Positions 47,701 to 60,799 of a stretch of DNA of 64,000 nucleotides are shown here, piece after piece. Position numbers and translations under genes: made by a program. Origin of the DNA: Balanoglossus misakiensis (taxonomy: Eukaryota; Animalia; Hemichordata); contig CM082587.2 of the NCBI GenBank assembly GCA_040954595.2, positions 6,685,705 through 6,749,704 on the forward strand, in the 5' to 3' direction. A model generated the notes under the pieces. That model was not told the origin of the DNA, ran no database searches, and was given only the letters and a program-made list of their open reading frames with translations. The first letter of the stretch is position 1. Each line of letters begins with the position of its first letter.

Positions 47701-50700
47701 TAAAGAAAAACGAAAATTCCTGAAATTTTTTAAAAAGTGCAATATTGCAGGGAAAAATGAAAATCTGATGTCTCAGTGGTGTACATTTACTTCCATGAGC
47801 TCAAGTGGATGAGATCATGTTTTGTTTATGAAGTTTCACAACCGGAAATGCGACATGTTCATTGTTTCTTTCATTTTCCCACGGTGGCGGCCATAATCGC
47901 TTGCGGCAAAGCTTTATTATTTATCTGGTTAAAACTTGCATATGCACTCATATTTAGGGTTTATAATGCTTGTGTATAGTTCACTGCCTTCATCTGCATG
48001 GACTAATGGTAGTGCAGTGTGAAACAAAAAATATGAAAATTATCCCAAAAGTTACAGCTTACGTGCCTTTAACACAGAGATCTGCGGCCTTTGAATTTCG
48101 GATTTGGGGCAGTTTTGCCTTCATTAAAAAGTGCATGGCGACCCCCATTTTTGTTCTCAATTTTAAGGGATAATATTAAGTTGCCTTGAGCAAAAATTGT
48201 GAAAAACAGTTTAAGACTTTGATTTTCGAGTCGCGTACTACCTTAACAAGCAAATTCACCACAGGCAGTGGAAATAATGAGGAGAGCATCACTGTTGTTG
48301 AGGAGGTTTATATTATGAAGTTAAAATGGCCGAATTGAAGTTGCATATTCACTGAAGGTGGAGTTCTTAGCAACGGAGAGGTACGACCAGGGAGGATAAA
48401 ACACTGCCCACCTTCCGCTGGTTGAAATTCATGTAGGATCTAAGATCTTAATGCGCGAACAATCAAAATGGAGTTTTCCCTCCATTGATAAGTCCAATAA
48501 TGTCGCTTTAAAACTGTCGGGAATCAATACGAAGGCTCCACCCGAACATGCAGACGACGGTTTTCGACCAAAAATGGCGCGCGCGCGCACAGAGAGACTA
48601 AGTAGTATCGTGACCGATGCCAAGAAGAGCCATATTTCGCCTGGTTAGCTGAAGAATGATCCGGCAGATAATCTGATAAGATCCTCTAGCCAAGTGTGAC
48701 TTTCAAAGTCAGGGGACCCTTCCTTTAGGGAGATTAAAGATGGCCGACCCAGCCAACCCATGCGGATCGGATTATGAGCTTATGCCTGTATGAGACAAAG
48801 CTATAATCGGTGATGATGTGTTAATAATATAATAGCCCAAGATTCGCCGCAGAAAAAATGCACCAGCAAATTACGGTTTCAGATCACGACGCGCCTTTAT
48901 CAGGATAAACACACTAACGTGAACAATCGATTTGACTCGTAGGGGTTACCTGAAGAGGGAATCAAAGTCTTTGCCTCACAACTCCACACCCATCTGACGG
49001 GAGAGACGGTGTACACAAAACATGTCAGGAACGGCATCGAGTTACCTGAGCTGAACAGAGATGATTACTACAGCCCGCACTTCCAGGTGAGAATGGAGCA
49101 CGGCTGTCGGATATTAATAGGCTTCACAATTTCCACGCATCTCTTACCAGACCTTTTATATACATACCATTATTCCTAGAATTTCTCTTATTCATATATA
49201 TGGTAACTGATCCGCTCGTTCCTTTTTTAACAGGAAGTTAGACTTTTGAAAGAACAAGTTACAGTGCTACCGGTAAGTTCAGATTCGACATGAAGTTCGT
49301 AAACCATGGTAAGTGTGCCAGGGAGAAGGGGGAGGGAGGGGGAAGGGAGCTAGAATGGGGAAAAGAGAAGAGCGCGAGAGAGTGAGAAAGAGAGAGTGAG
49401 AGATAGAAAGAGAGATAGAGACAGAGAGAGACAGAAACGGAGAGAGAGAGAGAGTATATCTGTCTTGCTGTCTCCTGTTGTCTATCTCTGTAGTGATTTG
49501 CTGCGGCGAAAACATGCTAACAACTACATTTAATCTTTGTTCCAGGGTGATCTCCTGATCACAGGGTGTCGTTACAACACGATGGGGAGAACGAACGTCA
49601 CATTGGTATGTAAATCCGATTTCTTCATGCTGCACTTCATCTCCATCGAAAAGACTATCCGGGCAACAACAGCATCGATCATGTACAAAAATATCACGAA
49701 TTGGACCAGTGCATTGTATTTCTGTTTTAATGTCATTCTGTGGTATTACTGAAATTACGTGATTTGTGATTATTTTTGAAATGTAATGTACTTGAACAAA
49801 TGTTCATTCTCACAGGGAGGTTTTGGAATCGACGATGAAATGTGTCTAAACTACATCCACTACTACCCCCTCAGTCGTCTGGAAGTGTGCAAAAGTACCA
49901 TCTCTACCAGAGCGTTGAATAAATTCTTTACGTATATGTACAAGTGAGTATAGCTATAGTTTTAGTTTCAGATGCTAATATAAACTGGAGATGACAGGCC
50001 TCGTCTTGTTTGATCCCGTGTGATGGTTAGTTTATGACTGGGGGGGGGGAGATTTCATGAAAATAAAACTGCGTCACGCTGCTCGTGTTAATGGTTTTGC
50101 CCCTGCAGTTTGAATATCCAAGCCTCGAGGCTAAACTGTGGAGATGCTTACAGGGCCTAAAACAGCAACTGGATGCAAAAAGGACTCTCTTAGCTATACC
50201 GTTGGTGGCGTGAAACGAGCAAACCGTGCAGGGTTTAGCCTCGGTTACCCAGACTCCCCTGCTTCTTCCGTTGAAGCCGAGACTATGCAGGCGTGTGACT
50301 GAGTCTAGATTCTACTGTCAGTTCGTTCGATTTGACTCCACAATCAATCTTTCTCTTCACAGGAAGGCTGACATGCCTCTAGTCCCTGGCGGAGGGGCCG
50401 ACTTGAACTACAATTTGATTGAATGGTCCCCAACAGTCTCTTTTATTTTACAAACGGTTTACAAAACGGGTTCCATCGAAATGATGTGTTGGGATGATTC
50501 GGGTTCGCCGCTGCCGGTAAGAAACTACCTATATTGTTAGAGTCAGGGATTGGACCAAGAAAATTAAGTAGGTACCTACAGAGAACAAAAAATGTCGAAA
50601 AAACAACAAAACGTCACAGCTGATGAAGCTACAAAGAAAGCTAATCACAACGCCATATTTGATTCATCGTTTGTTTTGATTATATAGGGATATTGGGACC

Positions 50701-50789
50701 GAGTGCCCCAACCAAAAATCGAACAGCGTTTGTTCAGAAGGGAACCGTGCCGGAGTCTCGGTGACGTCATCAAAAGGTACCGCCAATAG
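35750..50789 (+). CDS. DBH: Dopamine beta-hydroxylase / tyramine beta-hydroxylase (DOMON + copper type II monooxygenase), ~596 aa
   Basis: Exons 35750-36067 (alternative ATG 35735), 44882-45028, 45294-45467, 45899-45982, 46300-46470, 46649-46751, 47217-47383, 48943-49086, 49234-49272, 49546-49605, 49816-49943, 50363-50516 and 50688-50789 (TAG), 1791 nt in frame. Signal peptide and DOMON (WFAFGMSKDGSVANADLVVWW). Motifs GMQRVQLLK, TTYWC, CuH ligands VHHMEVF and LEVHYNN, AGIMELGLIYTPKMAIPP, CuM ligands QLHTHLTG and GGFGIDDEMCLNYIHYYP. DBH/TBH-type rather than MOXD1. Confidence 0.93.
37321..37389. repeat. (TGTC)n/(TGCC)n microsatellite
   Basis: Direct reading. Confidence 0.9.
42470..42658. mobile_element. 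MITE-like element with TTA flanks (PIF/Harbinger/Tourist-like) in DBH intron 1
   Basis: TTA-GGGTGGAACCATTTGGTATCC ... GAAATCAGATGGTTTTCCCC-TTA: imperfect terminal inverted repeats with a 3-bp TTA target duplication. Confidence 0.5.
45083..45240. repeat. Compound (GAGT)n/(GA)n/(GT)n microsatellite
   Basis: Direct reading. Confidence 0.9.
47561..48072. mobile_element. Complete ~504-bp non-autonomous DNA transposon (MITE) with TTAA target-site duplication, Kolobok-like termini
   Basis: TTAA-AGGCACGTAAGCTGCAACT ... AGTTACAGCTTACGTGCCT-TTAA (19-bp TIR, one mismatch). No coding capacity. The internal part is repeated at 53914-54200. Confidence 0.85.
48100..48246. mobile_element. Terminal fragment of a second TTAA-type repeat family
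   Basis: Ends aagactttgattttcgagtcgcgtactaccttaa. Its reverse complement resembles gtagaatgcgcctcgaaaaccaaagtctta at ~52093-52122. Confidence 0.5.
49370..49455. repeat. GA-rich simple repeat in DBH intron
   Basis: Direct reading. Confidence 0.8.
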
Positions 50790-53094
50790 CAACGTCCAGC
50801 CTGGTGTCGACGGACGATGTAATACCCCCCGCCGTAATCAGTGGTGTCGGGCGATATCAACTAAACGCTTCTCAGCTCATATCTCGTATATGATTTCGAA
50901 TAATAAACCGCGGTCGCTCATTAGGTGCATGCCTTTGGCTCAATCCCCCGGGGCGTACACCTGATAGCGAACGACTGGGGAATAAATGAACCACCCCTTT
51001 GGGTATTTCAGTGCCCATGTGAGAAACGAATGTCGTCCACTCGAAGAATTGTGTACCTACGGGAGAAGTTGGTCATTTCGGGACTATGTGGCCCTCGGTG
51101 TGACACTGTACACTCGCACACACTCTGTCAAAGTGGCATTACTCCTTGGTCAATTTATTGTACAAGAAACATTACTGTATATTATCTGTCCCGTTGGTGA
51201 CGCGCCCAGGGAAGATGGGTATCCATGCGCATGCGTGTTAAAATCCAAAAACACGGAAAAGGTGTTTTTGGTTCATCATCACGGTCCGTAAAAACAAGAA
51301 AAAGGGATCCAATTCTCTATTCAGCGTTGCCGTGGCTGTAATAATTGTGATATCTCTCTCTCTCTGTTTTTCGTCTACATTTCTCCTTTATTCCTCAAAG
51401 GGGTGTCTTCTTGTTGAAAAATCCCGGAAAAGAGGTATCTTAACATTTTGCGGAACAGTCGTGTACGCCCTCTTTCCCTGGTCGTGCAACATCCGGGATA
51501 TCTGTATATGATTGCCCTGGTTGTATAAATTCCGTATTGTAGTTTTGATTATTGTAATCTTGTACCTCATTTAAGTTATATACCTTCGTGATGTTCCTTC
51601 AAGTGTTTTGACCTTCCGTATACCTCCCCTAAAAGCAATGTCATATTTCACAAAAAAAGTCGGCGAAACAAGATATTCCCAAATTGTTCACTATGTGGAT
51701 TTGCTATAAAGCTGAACCACCGCAACTTATGTGTAAATTATATAAGCCTCACAAGAAACGTGCAAAGAATATGAAATTTACCTCTTACGAGTTACTTGTA
51801 AGATTTTCAAGGTGTAAGTTGTTTTTTAAGGGAGGACTCCGTCAATGAATGAAAATGAATTTTTTGTGATCTTGCCAACCGAACGAAATGTTCAATGTTG
51901 TCTTTTAGAATAATCTGTAGAGTAAGAAATCATGACTAATAATGCAACTGGAAATCGAAAAAAGAGCTCTTGGTTTTATTTGGTCTGTTACTTTTTTAAC
52001 AATCCATATGAAAGTGTATCAACAACGCATGCATGTCAAGATACGATGCAAGGAAGCGCACACTTCACATTGCAGATTAAAATCTAAAACCCGTAGAATG
52101 CGCCTCGAAAACCAAAGTCTTAGCCAAAACTTTTCGATCATAAATTTCTTCATGGGAAACAGTACAGCGCCCTCAAGTGGAAAATCTGTCCCTCTTGTTA
52201 TTTTCTCATCGTTCAGCTGCTGGGATACATTTTTCACCTGATTGAGAATGTATGAAATCTCCAGTACTAGTACATTCCTTATTACTAAGAATTGGTTTGT
52301 AAATATGTTCCTATATGTACCATGTTCAATAGCTGCAAACATTTATATCACCCGTGAAACCGACAGCTGTTGATAAGAGAGAGCCCAGCATATAATAATT
52401 CCAGACATCTTACTGTTTGTATGTCGGTAAGTTGTTGCCTGTACGTAGATGATGCTGTCAAATTTATTAATCATGTGTTTGCCACTGGCATGGTAAGGAA
52501 CAAATTTACAAACCTATATTCTAGTACATTGTAAGTATATAAGCAAGCAACGTACGTAGGCCTATTGCTGTGCACTGTCGTCAAAATTCTTACAAAGTCA
52601 AGTTGTAAGAGACGTTTGCTTGACTAGATGTTTTACCTGAACGCGATCGCGTAGAGACCCATTGTTCGCAAGGCGCAAACGCCCTCGAGCGCGAAAGGAG
52701 TTTGTTCTTATTCAGATTTTCACTGCCTGGCCTTCAGAACCAGGGGCTGATCCCCTTCCCCGTCTCTTCATATGTTGAACCTACTTGCAGTTTACCGACC
52801 GCTTTGTCTATCACAGGCTGTGCCAGCTGGAACCTACTTGTGTGTACAATGAGATCATTAAGGTATCGGAGAATTGCTTCGACGGGAAATATGACGTGGG
52901 AAGAAATGCAATAGTGTGGCCTTTGGCTTTTTTGAAAATGAGTTGTTATTCATCAAGATTCATAAAATGATGACTTCGTTTGAGATAATGATGATACTTG
53001 TCAAATCACCATCTGTTACCTCCTTGGTGTATACACATAAATGGTTGTTGTACTGTATGAGAGATGCTCAAAAGCTCAAACTTAGACAGTCAGA

Positions 53095-53200
53095 TGTACA
53101 GGCAGGCAGGCAGGCAGACAGACAGACAGAGAAACAGACAGACGGACAGACGGACAGACAGACAGACAAACGTACAGAGAAACGGACAGACAGACAGACA
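53095..53200. repeat. (CAGG)n/(CAGA)n microsatellite
   Basis: Direct reading. Confidence 0.88.
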
Positions 53201-53913
53201 AGGATCAGACAGTGAAAATACAGAGCTACGGATGACCAACATCTTAATGCGTGAGTTGCACATATACTACTAACAGACTAATATATGGCATAAGCGATTC
53301 AGTCTTAGAGAACCATTTGCTTCAAGTTGAAGACGTGGGTTACACCATGCGCGTCTTGTAATGTGCAGATCAGTATAAAGAAATGATGCGATGATGATTG
53401 TTCGAGTCCCCGGTTCAAACGAAAGTTAACAAAACTTATTTCAAACTCCGATACTGAAATCGACGACTCTATATCGAGAGGCCGCAATCTGTCGCACAAA
53501 TTTCCAGGAACGTGCACTTCCTTCCCGAGATGTGTTTGAAGTGGCGCGGCGTCGAGTTTTGACGAAGTAGCTGTCACTCAAGGATGCTCGCATGCTCAGA
53601 GCGCGTGTTGGCTGAAGTGGTCGTCGGCGGCTATAAGTCAGGGAACGCTAGGTCCGCTCTGGCAGAGTCCAAGCGATACCGACTGAGCGCGCAACACCCC
53701 GCGCCAAAGGAAGCTGCCCAAACAAGACAGGTAAGCGAACCATTTTTACCTCTCCGGGTCTTACAATGAAAACAGTTTGAGTCGAACAGAAGAAATGTAC
53801 TGATCGTCGATTTTTTTCGACCACCAGAGTAAAAAAGAAACACTTTGTAGGCTTTGCAACCATTTTAATTAAGAATATCGCCGGCAGAAATTGGCGAAGT
53901 TATGTGGCTCCTT

Positions 53914-54200
53914 AAAAATGAAAATGTAATGTCTCAACGGAGTACATATACTTCCACGAGTTCTAGTGGATGAGATTATGCTTTGCTTATGAAGTTTCAT
54001 AGTTGGAAATGCAACGTTTTCATTTTTTTCGTGCTCCCACGGTGGCGGCCGTATTCCTTTGCGGCAAAGCTTTATCGTTTATCTGGTTAAAACTTGCATA
54101 TGCACTCATATTTAGTGTTTATAATACTTGCATATAGTTCAGTGCATCCATCTGTATGGCTAATGGTAGTACAATTTGATTAAAAAAATTATGCCTTTAA
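53914..54200 (+). mobile_element. Truncated, diverged copy of the 47561-48072 MITE in the GPCR 5'-UTR intron
   Basis: Shares cccacggtggcggcc, tgcggcaaagcttta and tttatctggttaaaacttgcatatgcactcatatttag with 47750-48030, and ends in tgcctttaa. Confidence 0.8.
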
Positions 54201-54482
54201 ACCACTGTGTTGACGCTTCGCATTACATTAATATACATAACATGAAAAGTTAGAAAGGCAAACTTCAACGGGGAAAAAAATGACGAAAATGATGAAATAA
54301 TTCACCACGCTAGTATTTTATGGTCTAGAAATGGGAAAACAGTTTGGAAAAAATATTTGCAGATTGTGAGTTATTTTCCTTCAGTCTGAGTGTTTACTAT
54401 TTCAAGCACTTGGTGTGATATTCTCTATTCATATTGATCATTAATATTAATTTAGTGATACACTTTCTTATTATGTCCAGAA

Positions 54483-55195
54483 ATGATTGCCGTGTGGTCT
54501 TTTCTGGGCGTTGCCATTGTCCTCCACGGAATCAACGAAATGACGGTGTCGTCCAATGCGAGCTTACTGTCGCCAGCGGTCCCCCCAAGTGCCGCGAGCG
54601 ACGTTCCCCTCACAAGAAACCCCAGTCGGGAGAAATCGTGGAAGAGACGGCGGGCTGCAGACCAAGAGGCGACGACCCGTCCAGCTTGGCTGGTACCGAG
54701 TTACACTTTCCCCGACCCGGTCTCGTTGCTGTGCCTGGATCCCCTCACCGGGCGGAGACTCGATTCGTGCGTTGCGGGCGCGGGCGCGGGGACGCGCTGC
54801 GGCGAGTACGCGCTCACGCCCACTCTGCCGCAGATGGCCGTGTGCAGTTGCCGGACGGACTGTGCTGTGTACAACGACTGCTGCGCTGACTTCTGGGAGA
54901 CGTGTCCCCAAGACCCGTCGCTCGAAGACCGCGCCGGCACCAGGAGCTGCCTCCACCCCGAATCAGAACCTGTCGGCTTTCTTGCAACTACCCGATGTCC
55001 GAGAAATTGGACTGACAACAGAACAAGGTCGAGATGTGAAGATAACGACGGTATGAATAAGGGAGGGAATGGTCACCAGATGCAATGTACTGACCATCGA
55101 TTCCTTCATAAGTCCCATGTTATAAACAACTGAGTTATGACACTTACTAATTTACCGTCTAAACTACATGTGGCTGTTCATTCTCGCCTTCAACA

Positions 55196-55294
<99 letters not shown>

Positions 55295-57678
55295 AAATTA
55301 AGTTTCACCCCATAGTGTTTTGGGGTAAATGTCACCCTTTTAAGTTTTAGACGTATTTGGTTGCACTTTCTGACCTTGGTTTGTTCCTTTTTTCAGGTGC
55401 GTCGTTCCATGAAGTAGCAGTGGCGATCGGTCCGAATGATGAGTTTTACCAGAACGTGTACTGTGCCATATGCCATGGTCTGACCCAATCGGATGTGTAC
55501 CTGAGCTCGTTCATGTGGAGGTGTCCAGATGGCACACACGTACTCCTCCAAAATACCAACAACGTGTCAGCGGTCGTTTCTAGCGTCAAAGCGATTCCCC
55601 AGTGCAAGATACAGCCAGTGATACCCCCGGCCTTCCAACACGCACGAGTCGATTGCGTCGACTACATTGACAGGTGCCCTGCGGCAACAGAGAGTCAATC
55701 GCTGGTTGAGCTGTGTAGGAATCACACGGCAAAAGTGGTAGTCCTTCCGGACCGTTATGTTCCAGTCTCGCGGGCCTACGGTAATGTCCACTGCGCTATT
55801 TGCAACGATCCCTACACTGTCCAAAAAATCGACACCGATTCTGTCCGCTGCGGCCACTTCGCGGGCCGCATTCCTACAAGGGTCCCCTCATTCGACATCC
55901 TCTTTGATTTCGACGCCCAGGGAAACTACAATATTCAATGCGTCGCCACTAACAGGGTTCTGTTCAACGTCACGTCGCAGTTTACCTGCGACGAAGGCGA
56001 AATGTTTGATATTCTGTTAGAGAAGTGCGTTTCGAAGGAGGCGATCCCGGCCCAGTTGCCAGGTGAGAGCCGCCGACAATGGTCGGGTGCTTTGAACGGT
56101 TCGCTGTCTGACGTACAGGTATTGATGACTCTGCGCATTGAGTTCGCCCCGGCGTACAGCTTTGTGGGCGTGGGGAAGCTGGAGACGGAGGCGGAATATT
56201 TTGTCCGTAGTCTGCTCCTCAATCTCTCCCGTAATGTACGCGAGGTTGAATTTGACATGGCCTCGCATTCTGCCACCACGCTTGTGGTGTCGTCATCATA
56301 CCTCGTAGTTATCGACTCGGTCGCAATGGAGAAACTTCTCCAGCACACCTGCGTGGAGGCGTGGCGAGACGCCGTCTACGCCAGGTGGCAGCAAGGCGTT
56401 CGTCTGGTTCATTTTTCTCTCCGTCGGACGGGGAATGACTCTTGTCAAGGTGGGCAGGAGGAAGTAGTAATCCATCGCGATGTTCGGTGTGATTACAGGA
56501 GTCGGAATATATCCTCCTCCTCCAACGGGTCGGCCAACAACTGGCTACAAAGCCAAAACATGCTGAATTCCAAGAGCTGCTATTATAACCTCACCGGCCC
56601 GGATTCGGCATGCGTCGAAACAGAGTTGGGTTCTTGCGCGGCTGTCAATGAAACCGCGGGCGACAGGTTAGATTGTCCGGGGGGAGTGGTCTTGAAACTG
56701 GGCAAAGGAATGTTCCGGATAACCGATGCCCCGGACGAACACCTTGTGTTCGGATCACTGAGGTACCCCCCGGAGCGATACCTGCTCACGCGCGACGGTC
56801 TCCATGCTTTCGTCTGTCACTTCAGCAAGGTATCTTTGGTCTGGAACGCCGTGTCGAAAACAAGTATAAAGCAGACGCTATCATTCGCCGGTAGCCTAGT
56901 GTCCATCGTGAGTTTACTTGTAACGATTGTTACGATGCTTCTTGTGAAGAGTATGCGATCAAGACCGGGTAAGCTTATAATGAATTTGGCAGCGTCCCTC
57001 ATGGTCGCTCAGCTGATGTTTATAACGGTCATGGACTTGACCAAACTTCCGTTGGTCTGCAGGGCATCGGCCGTGTTTTCCCACTACATATGGTTGGTTG
57101 CGTTCTGCTGGATGAGCGCCGTTTCCTTCGATTTGGCGTACATGACGAGGAAGAGCACCATGGTTACAAACGACAGCGATATCACCTGGCACTGTCTGTA
57201 TGCCTGGCTGGTGCCCCTGGTCTTCGTCGGTGCATGCGCACTGGTGGACGTCTTCGCTCCCCGCGACTGGCAGATCGGCTACAGCGAAGGCATGGTGTGC
57301 TGGATCGGCCGGCTGACGCCGTTCATCGCCGTCTTTCTGGTCCCCGTCGGCCTGATCATGGCCTTTAACTTCTCCTGCTTTGTCTACACGGTGGTTGCCC
57401 TGATCAGGTCCGACATCCGAATGAGCAAGTACCGCTCCAAGTCGTACACCACCCGCCATTTTGTCTTCTCCATCCAGATGTCGACAATCATGGGGCTGGC
57501 GTGGATCCTGGGCATTGCCGACAGTTTCGTGCAGTCGGACGCCCTGGACTACGTCTTCATCACCGTGAACAGTGTCCAGGGTCTGTCTATTTTCGTGGTG
57601 TTTCTGCTGCGCCCGCGTACGTTTGGTCTTGTTCGCGACGCTTGCTGGAAAGTTTTCCTGCGAACGACACAGCCATGA
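54483..57678 (+). CDS. Class B (secretin/adhesion/Methuselah-like) GPCR with somatomedin-B domain, ~949 aa
   Basis: Coding exons 54483-55050 and 55397-57678 (phase 1, GT-AG). A probable non-coding first exon ends at 53730 (donor gtaag), with TATAAG at ~53632. Signal peptide, SMB-like CSCRTDCAVYNDCCADFWETC, two YxNV(Y/H)CAIC repeats, then 7TM with family-B motifs (GSLVSIVSLLVTI, PGKLIMNLAASL, HYIWLVAFCWM, YAWLVP, CWI, MGLAWILG, NSVQGLSIFVVF). Confidence 0.88.
55196..55294. repeat. (GAT)n trinucleotide microsatellite, ~33 units, intronic
   Basis: Direct reading. Lies between the donor at 55051 and the acceptor at 55396. Confidence 0.95.
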
Positions 57679-60124
57679 AATTTTTCGCGGACATACAAAT
57701 TGACAGGAATAATCTAGCCCTGTACAGTCCGAGATTTGTCAATGGCGAAGAGTCACGTGATTGTTCGTTTGTAGAATACCATGATCTTTCATATCAATGA
57801 AGATAAAAAAAAATACTAATTTAATATCTCCACATTGTATTGGCCATCAGTATATATTTTCCTGTTTTGTTCCATCACTCATGACAAGTTTGGTGTAATG
57901 CGCAACATAGTTTGGCGACGACTCTGCTTTTATGGGTATACTGTACCCGTGGCTAGAGGCTTTTGAACCTAATATCAGCTTATTACTTATACTTATTGAT
58001 TCTATTATTCACATAGTTGTTATTAGTAGTAAGCTTTACCATTAGTGATGAGCTTTACACATAACAAAAAATTCCTGTTTTGAATTATCTACTTGTGATT
58101 GTATTAAATTCTCTTCTATTGTATGCAACATCCTATAGTTCAGTATGAACATATTTCTTGTCGGTAAGAATTCCTTTGTGTATTCGTACCGTATACTAGT
58201 ATTTTATTGACACTGGGTTTCCGTTATGTTTTTTCTGCACGGCACCCACTTGTAGGCGAGTATTGAAGTTGACGTGTACGAAGTTTCTACATTACCATCT
58301 GTGGTATTTGCACTAGCGTGGCATAATATGTATCTCGGTGTATTTTAGTGTGTGAGGGGTTTTCTTGTTTAGCTTTGTACATTTATAAATACATGTATAC
58401 AGATGGCGTAAGGTATCTCCACGGATATGTATTCCTGACAGAGCCATTTAGATATTTCGACCACACAAAAAAACTGTACCTGGAGTGCGAGAAAAGAGTT
58501 GACTCACCATTTTAACCCATAGTTTAGACACCCTAACGGAAACACCCTTTTATCTATTTATTTCTGTTTCCAAAATCATCTGGTGAACAACATGTAGAAT
58601 ATTCAGGAAAATGGCGATATGTTTTTAGTTTTGAGTAGTCCGGATCCCTTATTTCAAATGAACCATTAGACGATATTGTCGGTATTCTCACTACTGTTAC
58701 GATTGTACTACGAATGCATAGAATTTAAATATCAGTGGTGGATGAACAATAAGGGTGTACGTCATTAACATAGCATTAGCTGTAGTAGCCGTACACCTGG
58801 GTATTTTGAATATTACGTAAGGGTTTTTGATTTTTGACTCTCGGCGACGGCAGTCAAGTGGCGTGAGCCGAACAGAAAACAGACAAGTTGCACTCGGCCA
58901 TGAGCGACGGGGACTGGAATCTTGTAATCCACGTGGGAGCTCGGTGTTGAAGTTCAGCACGTCGGGTATGTCCTGTTGGTTTGAATTCAGCGTTGCTCTC
59001 GGACTTAAAATGCATGTCTATGCCAGCAACTGTAAGTGAAGTGAACCTGTTAATTTCTTCTGAGAGGACTTCAGGAAAGAACTTTGTGCGAAAGCAGCAC
59101 GCCAGCGTGAACCATCGTCGGGTCGGTGCAGAGAACTCACGGAACACTGAATTATCGCGTCCGCTCACCACGTGTGTAATATTACCGCGGAACTGATACA
59201 AGTTTCTTGAGGACATTACAATATTTGAGTAAGAACCCTAGTAACATTTAAGTTTCAGTGCTTGTACTGTGATATTACTTTTCTTCCTGTGACAAATAGA
59301 TTCGCAGTGAAACGTATAACTTTGGGTGTTCAGTGTATCATTGTAGTTGCTGTCTGGGTGTTTGTGTTGCGAGTTTTTGGTTCGTAACACTACCTTCATG
59401 TTGAACTAATGGGCGCTCACAACCTAAACAATGCTGGGTCTTTGAATCAGAACAAAATAGCAAAATGTGAAAACGATAAAATAATTCAGACTCGGCAGTT
59501 TTATCACTATTATACAACGATGTACTGCATTCGTTTCACAAATGTTAGAGTTGCCAACAAAATTCAGATTTCTGCCGACATAGTGATTTACCCGGGGGCG
59601 CCATTTCCATTGACCAAGATTTCTCGTGCTATATAGCAGATGGGATGACAAGACTGCAGAATGACCGATAATTGAAGTATGTTCAAAAGCATTTCATCAA
59701 GATTCATAGAACCATGGCGTCATTGAAGATAATGGCACTAAAGAAAACACCACCCGGTACCTACTTGATATATGTCGAGTATTTGCTGTTCTGGAGGAGA
59801 TATAGACAGGACTCTTGACATTCTACTGACAGACGTGACTGACAGATCTGACTGAAAATGAACTTCAGATTTTTGCCGACAACATGATCATTGCCCGCCA
59901 TTTCCAACGTAAAAGATCTAATTGATTTAATGCAATGATAAACTCCGACTGCGAGGAGGTCTAGTGAGGTACTTCAAAAGTATCCGTTCGATACTATTCG
60001 TCAAGATTCATAAAACAATGACTTCGTTAAGATAATGACACGTAAACATAACGCCATATGTTATTCTTTATACATGTGTATTTGTTGCCTTGTAATAGAG
60101 ACGTTGTAAAAACTAACATTTAAC

Positions 60125-60172
<48 letters not shown>

Positions 60173-60195
60173 TGACTGACTGACTGACTGACTGA
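60125..60195. repeat. (AGAC)n(TGAC)n microsatellite
   Basis: Direct reading. Confidence 0.9.
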
Positions 60196-60799
60196 CGGCT
60201 GTTTGGTGGTTAGTCGAGCGGTCCGTCGACCGGGCAGGTATAAGCAGGCTGACTGGCTGAGTGCTGGGAGTGGGTGACGGATGAACCGACATTGCGCGCA
60301 GCCGGACGGGCGAGGATGCCACGTCACACAAATAGAGATTATCGGGCTGGAAGCTATTTTCTACTTACAGGGTTTCTACAGGCAACACCACTCGGCTTTA
60401 TCAGCCGTAGCATACCTTGTCATTATTTTACAGATTATTTACCGCCCCCGGTCCAGCTGTCTTGGTGGCCCTACGCACACTGGCACTTAAAACGTTTTTT
60501 TTTAAAACCATGATGTAGACTTTTGACCCCATCAAAAACGTACCATTGTCCCCACCCCTTCGGCAAATGTTGAGTCTGTGATTTGTAGTTTCAAGTATCC
60601 TGGGTACACCTATAGGGCCGGTCTTGGAAAAAAATATGTCCAAACGTTCCGAAATGCGTTCCCGGGATGCGTTTCACCTTAAACGATTTCTCTTAGCCTG
60701 AGGCACCAACACTTCACCAGGACTAGGCAAACACAAACTCTCTGTCATGGAAACTAATCCGGCCAATGCAACGAAATGATTCATATTTATTTTTAGAAA

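Noticed and set aside
50126-50286. Short inverted repeats (CGAGGCTAAAC/GTTTAGCCTCG; tagcctcggtt/agccgagacta) as an ncRNA hairpin
   Set aside because: Stems are only about 11 bp and one end recurs at ~46772, so MITE remnants are more likely. No tRNA, rRNA or miRNA gene could be supported anywhere in the window.
55196-55294. (GAT)n as a coding poly-Asp tract
   Set aside because: It lies in the intron. The flanking exons splice in frame without it.
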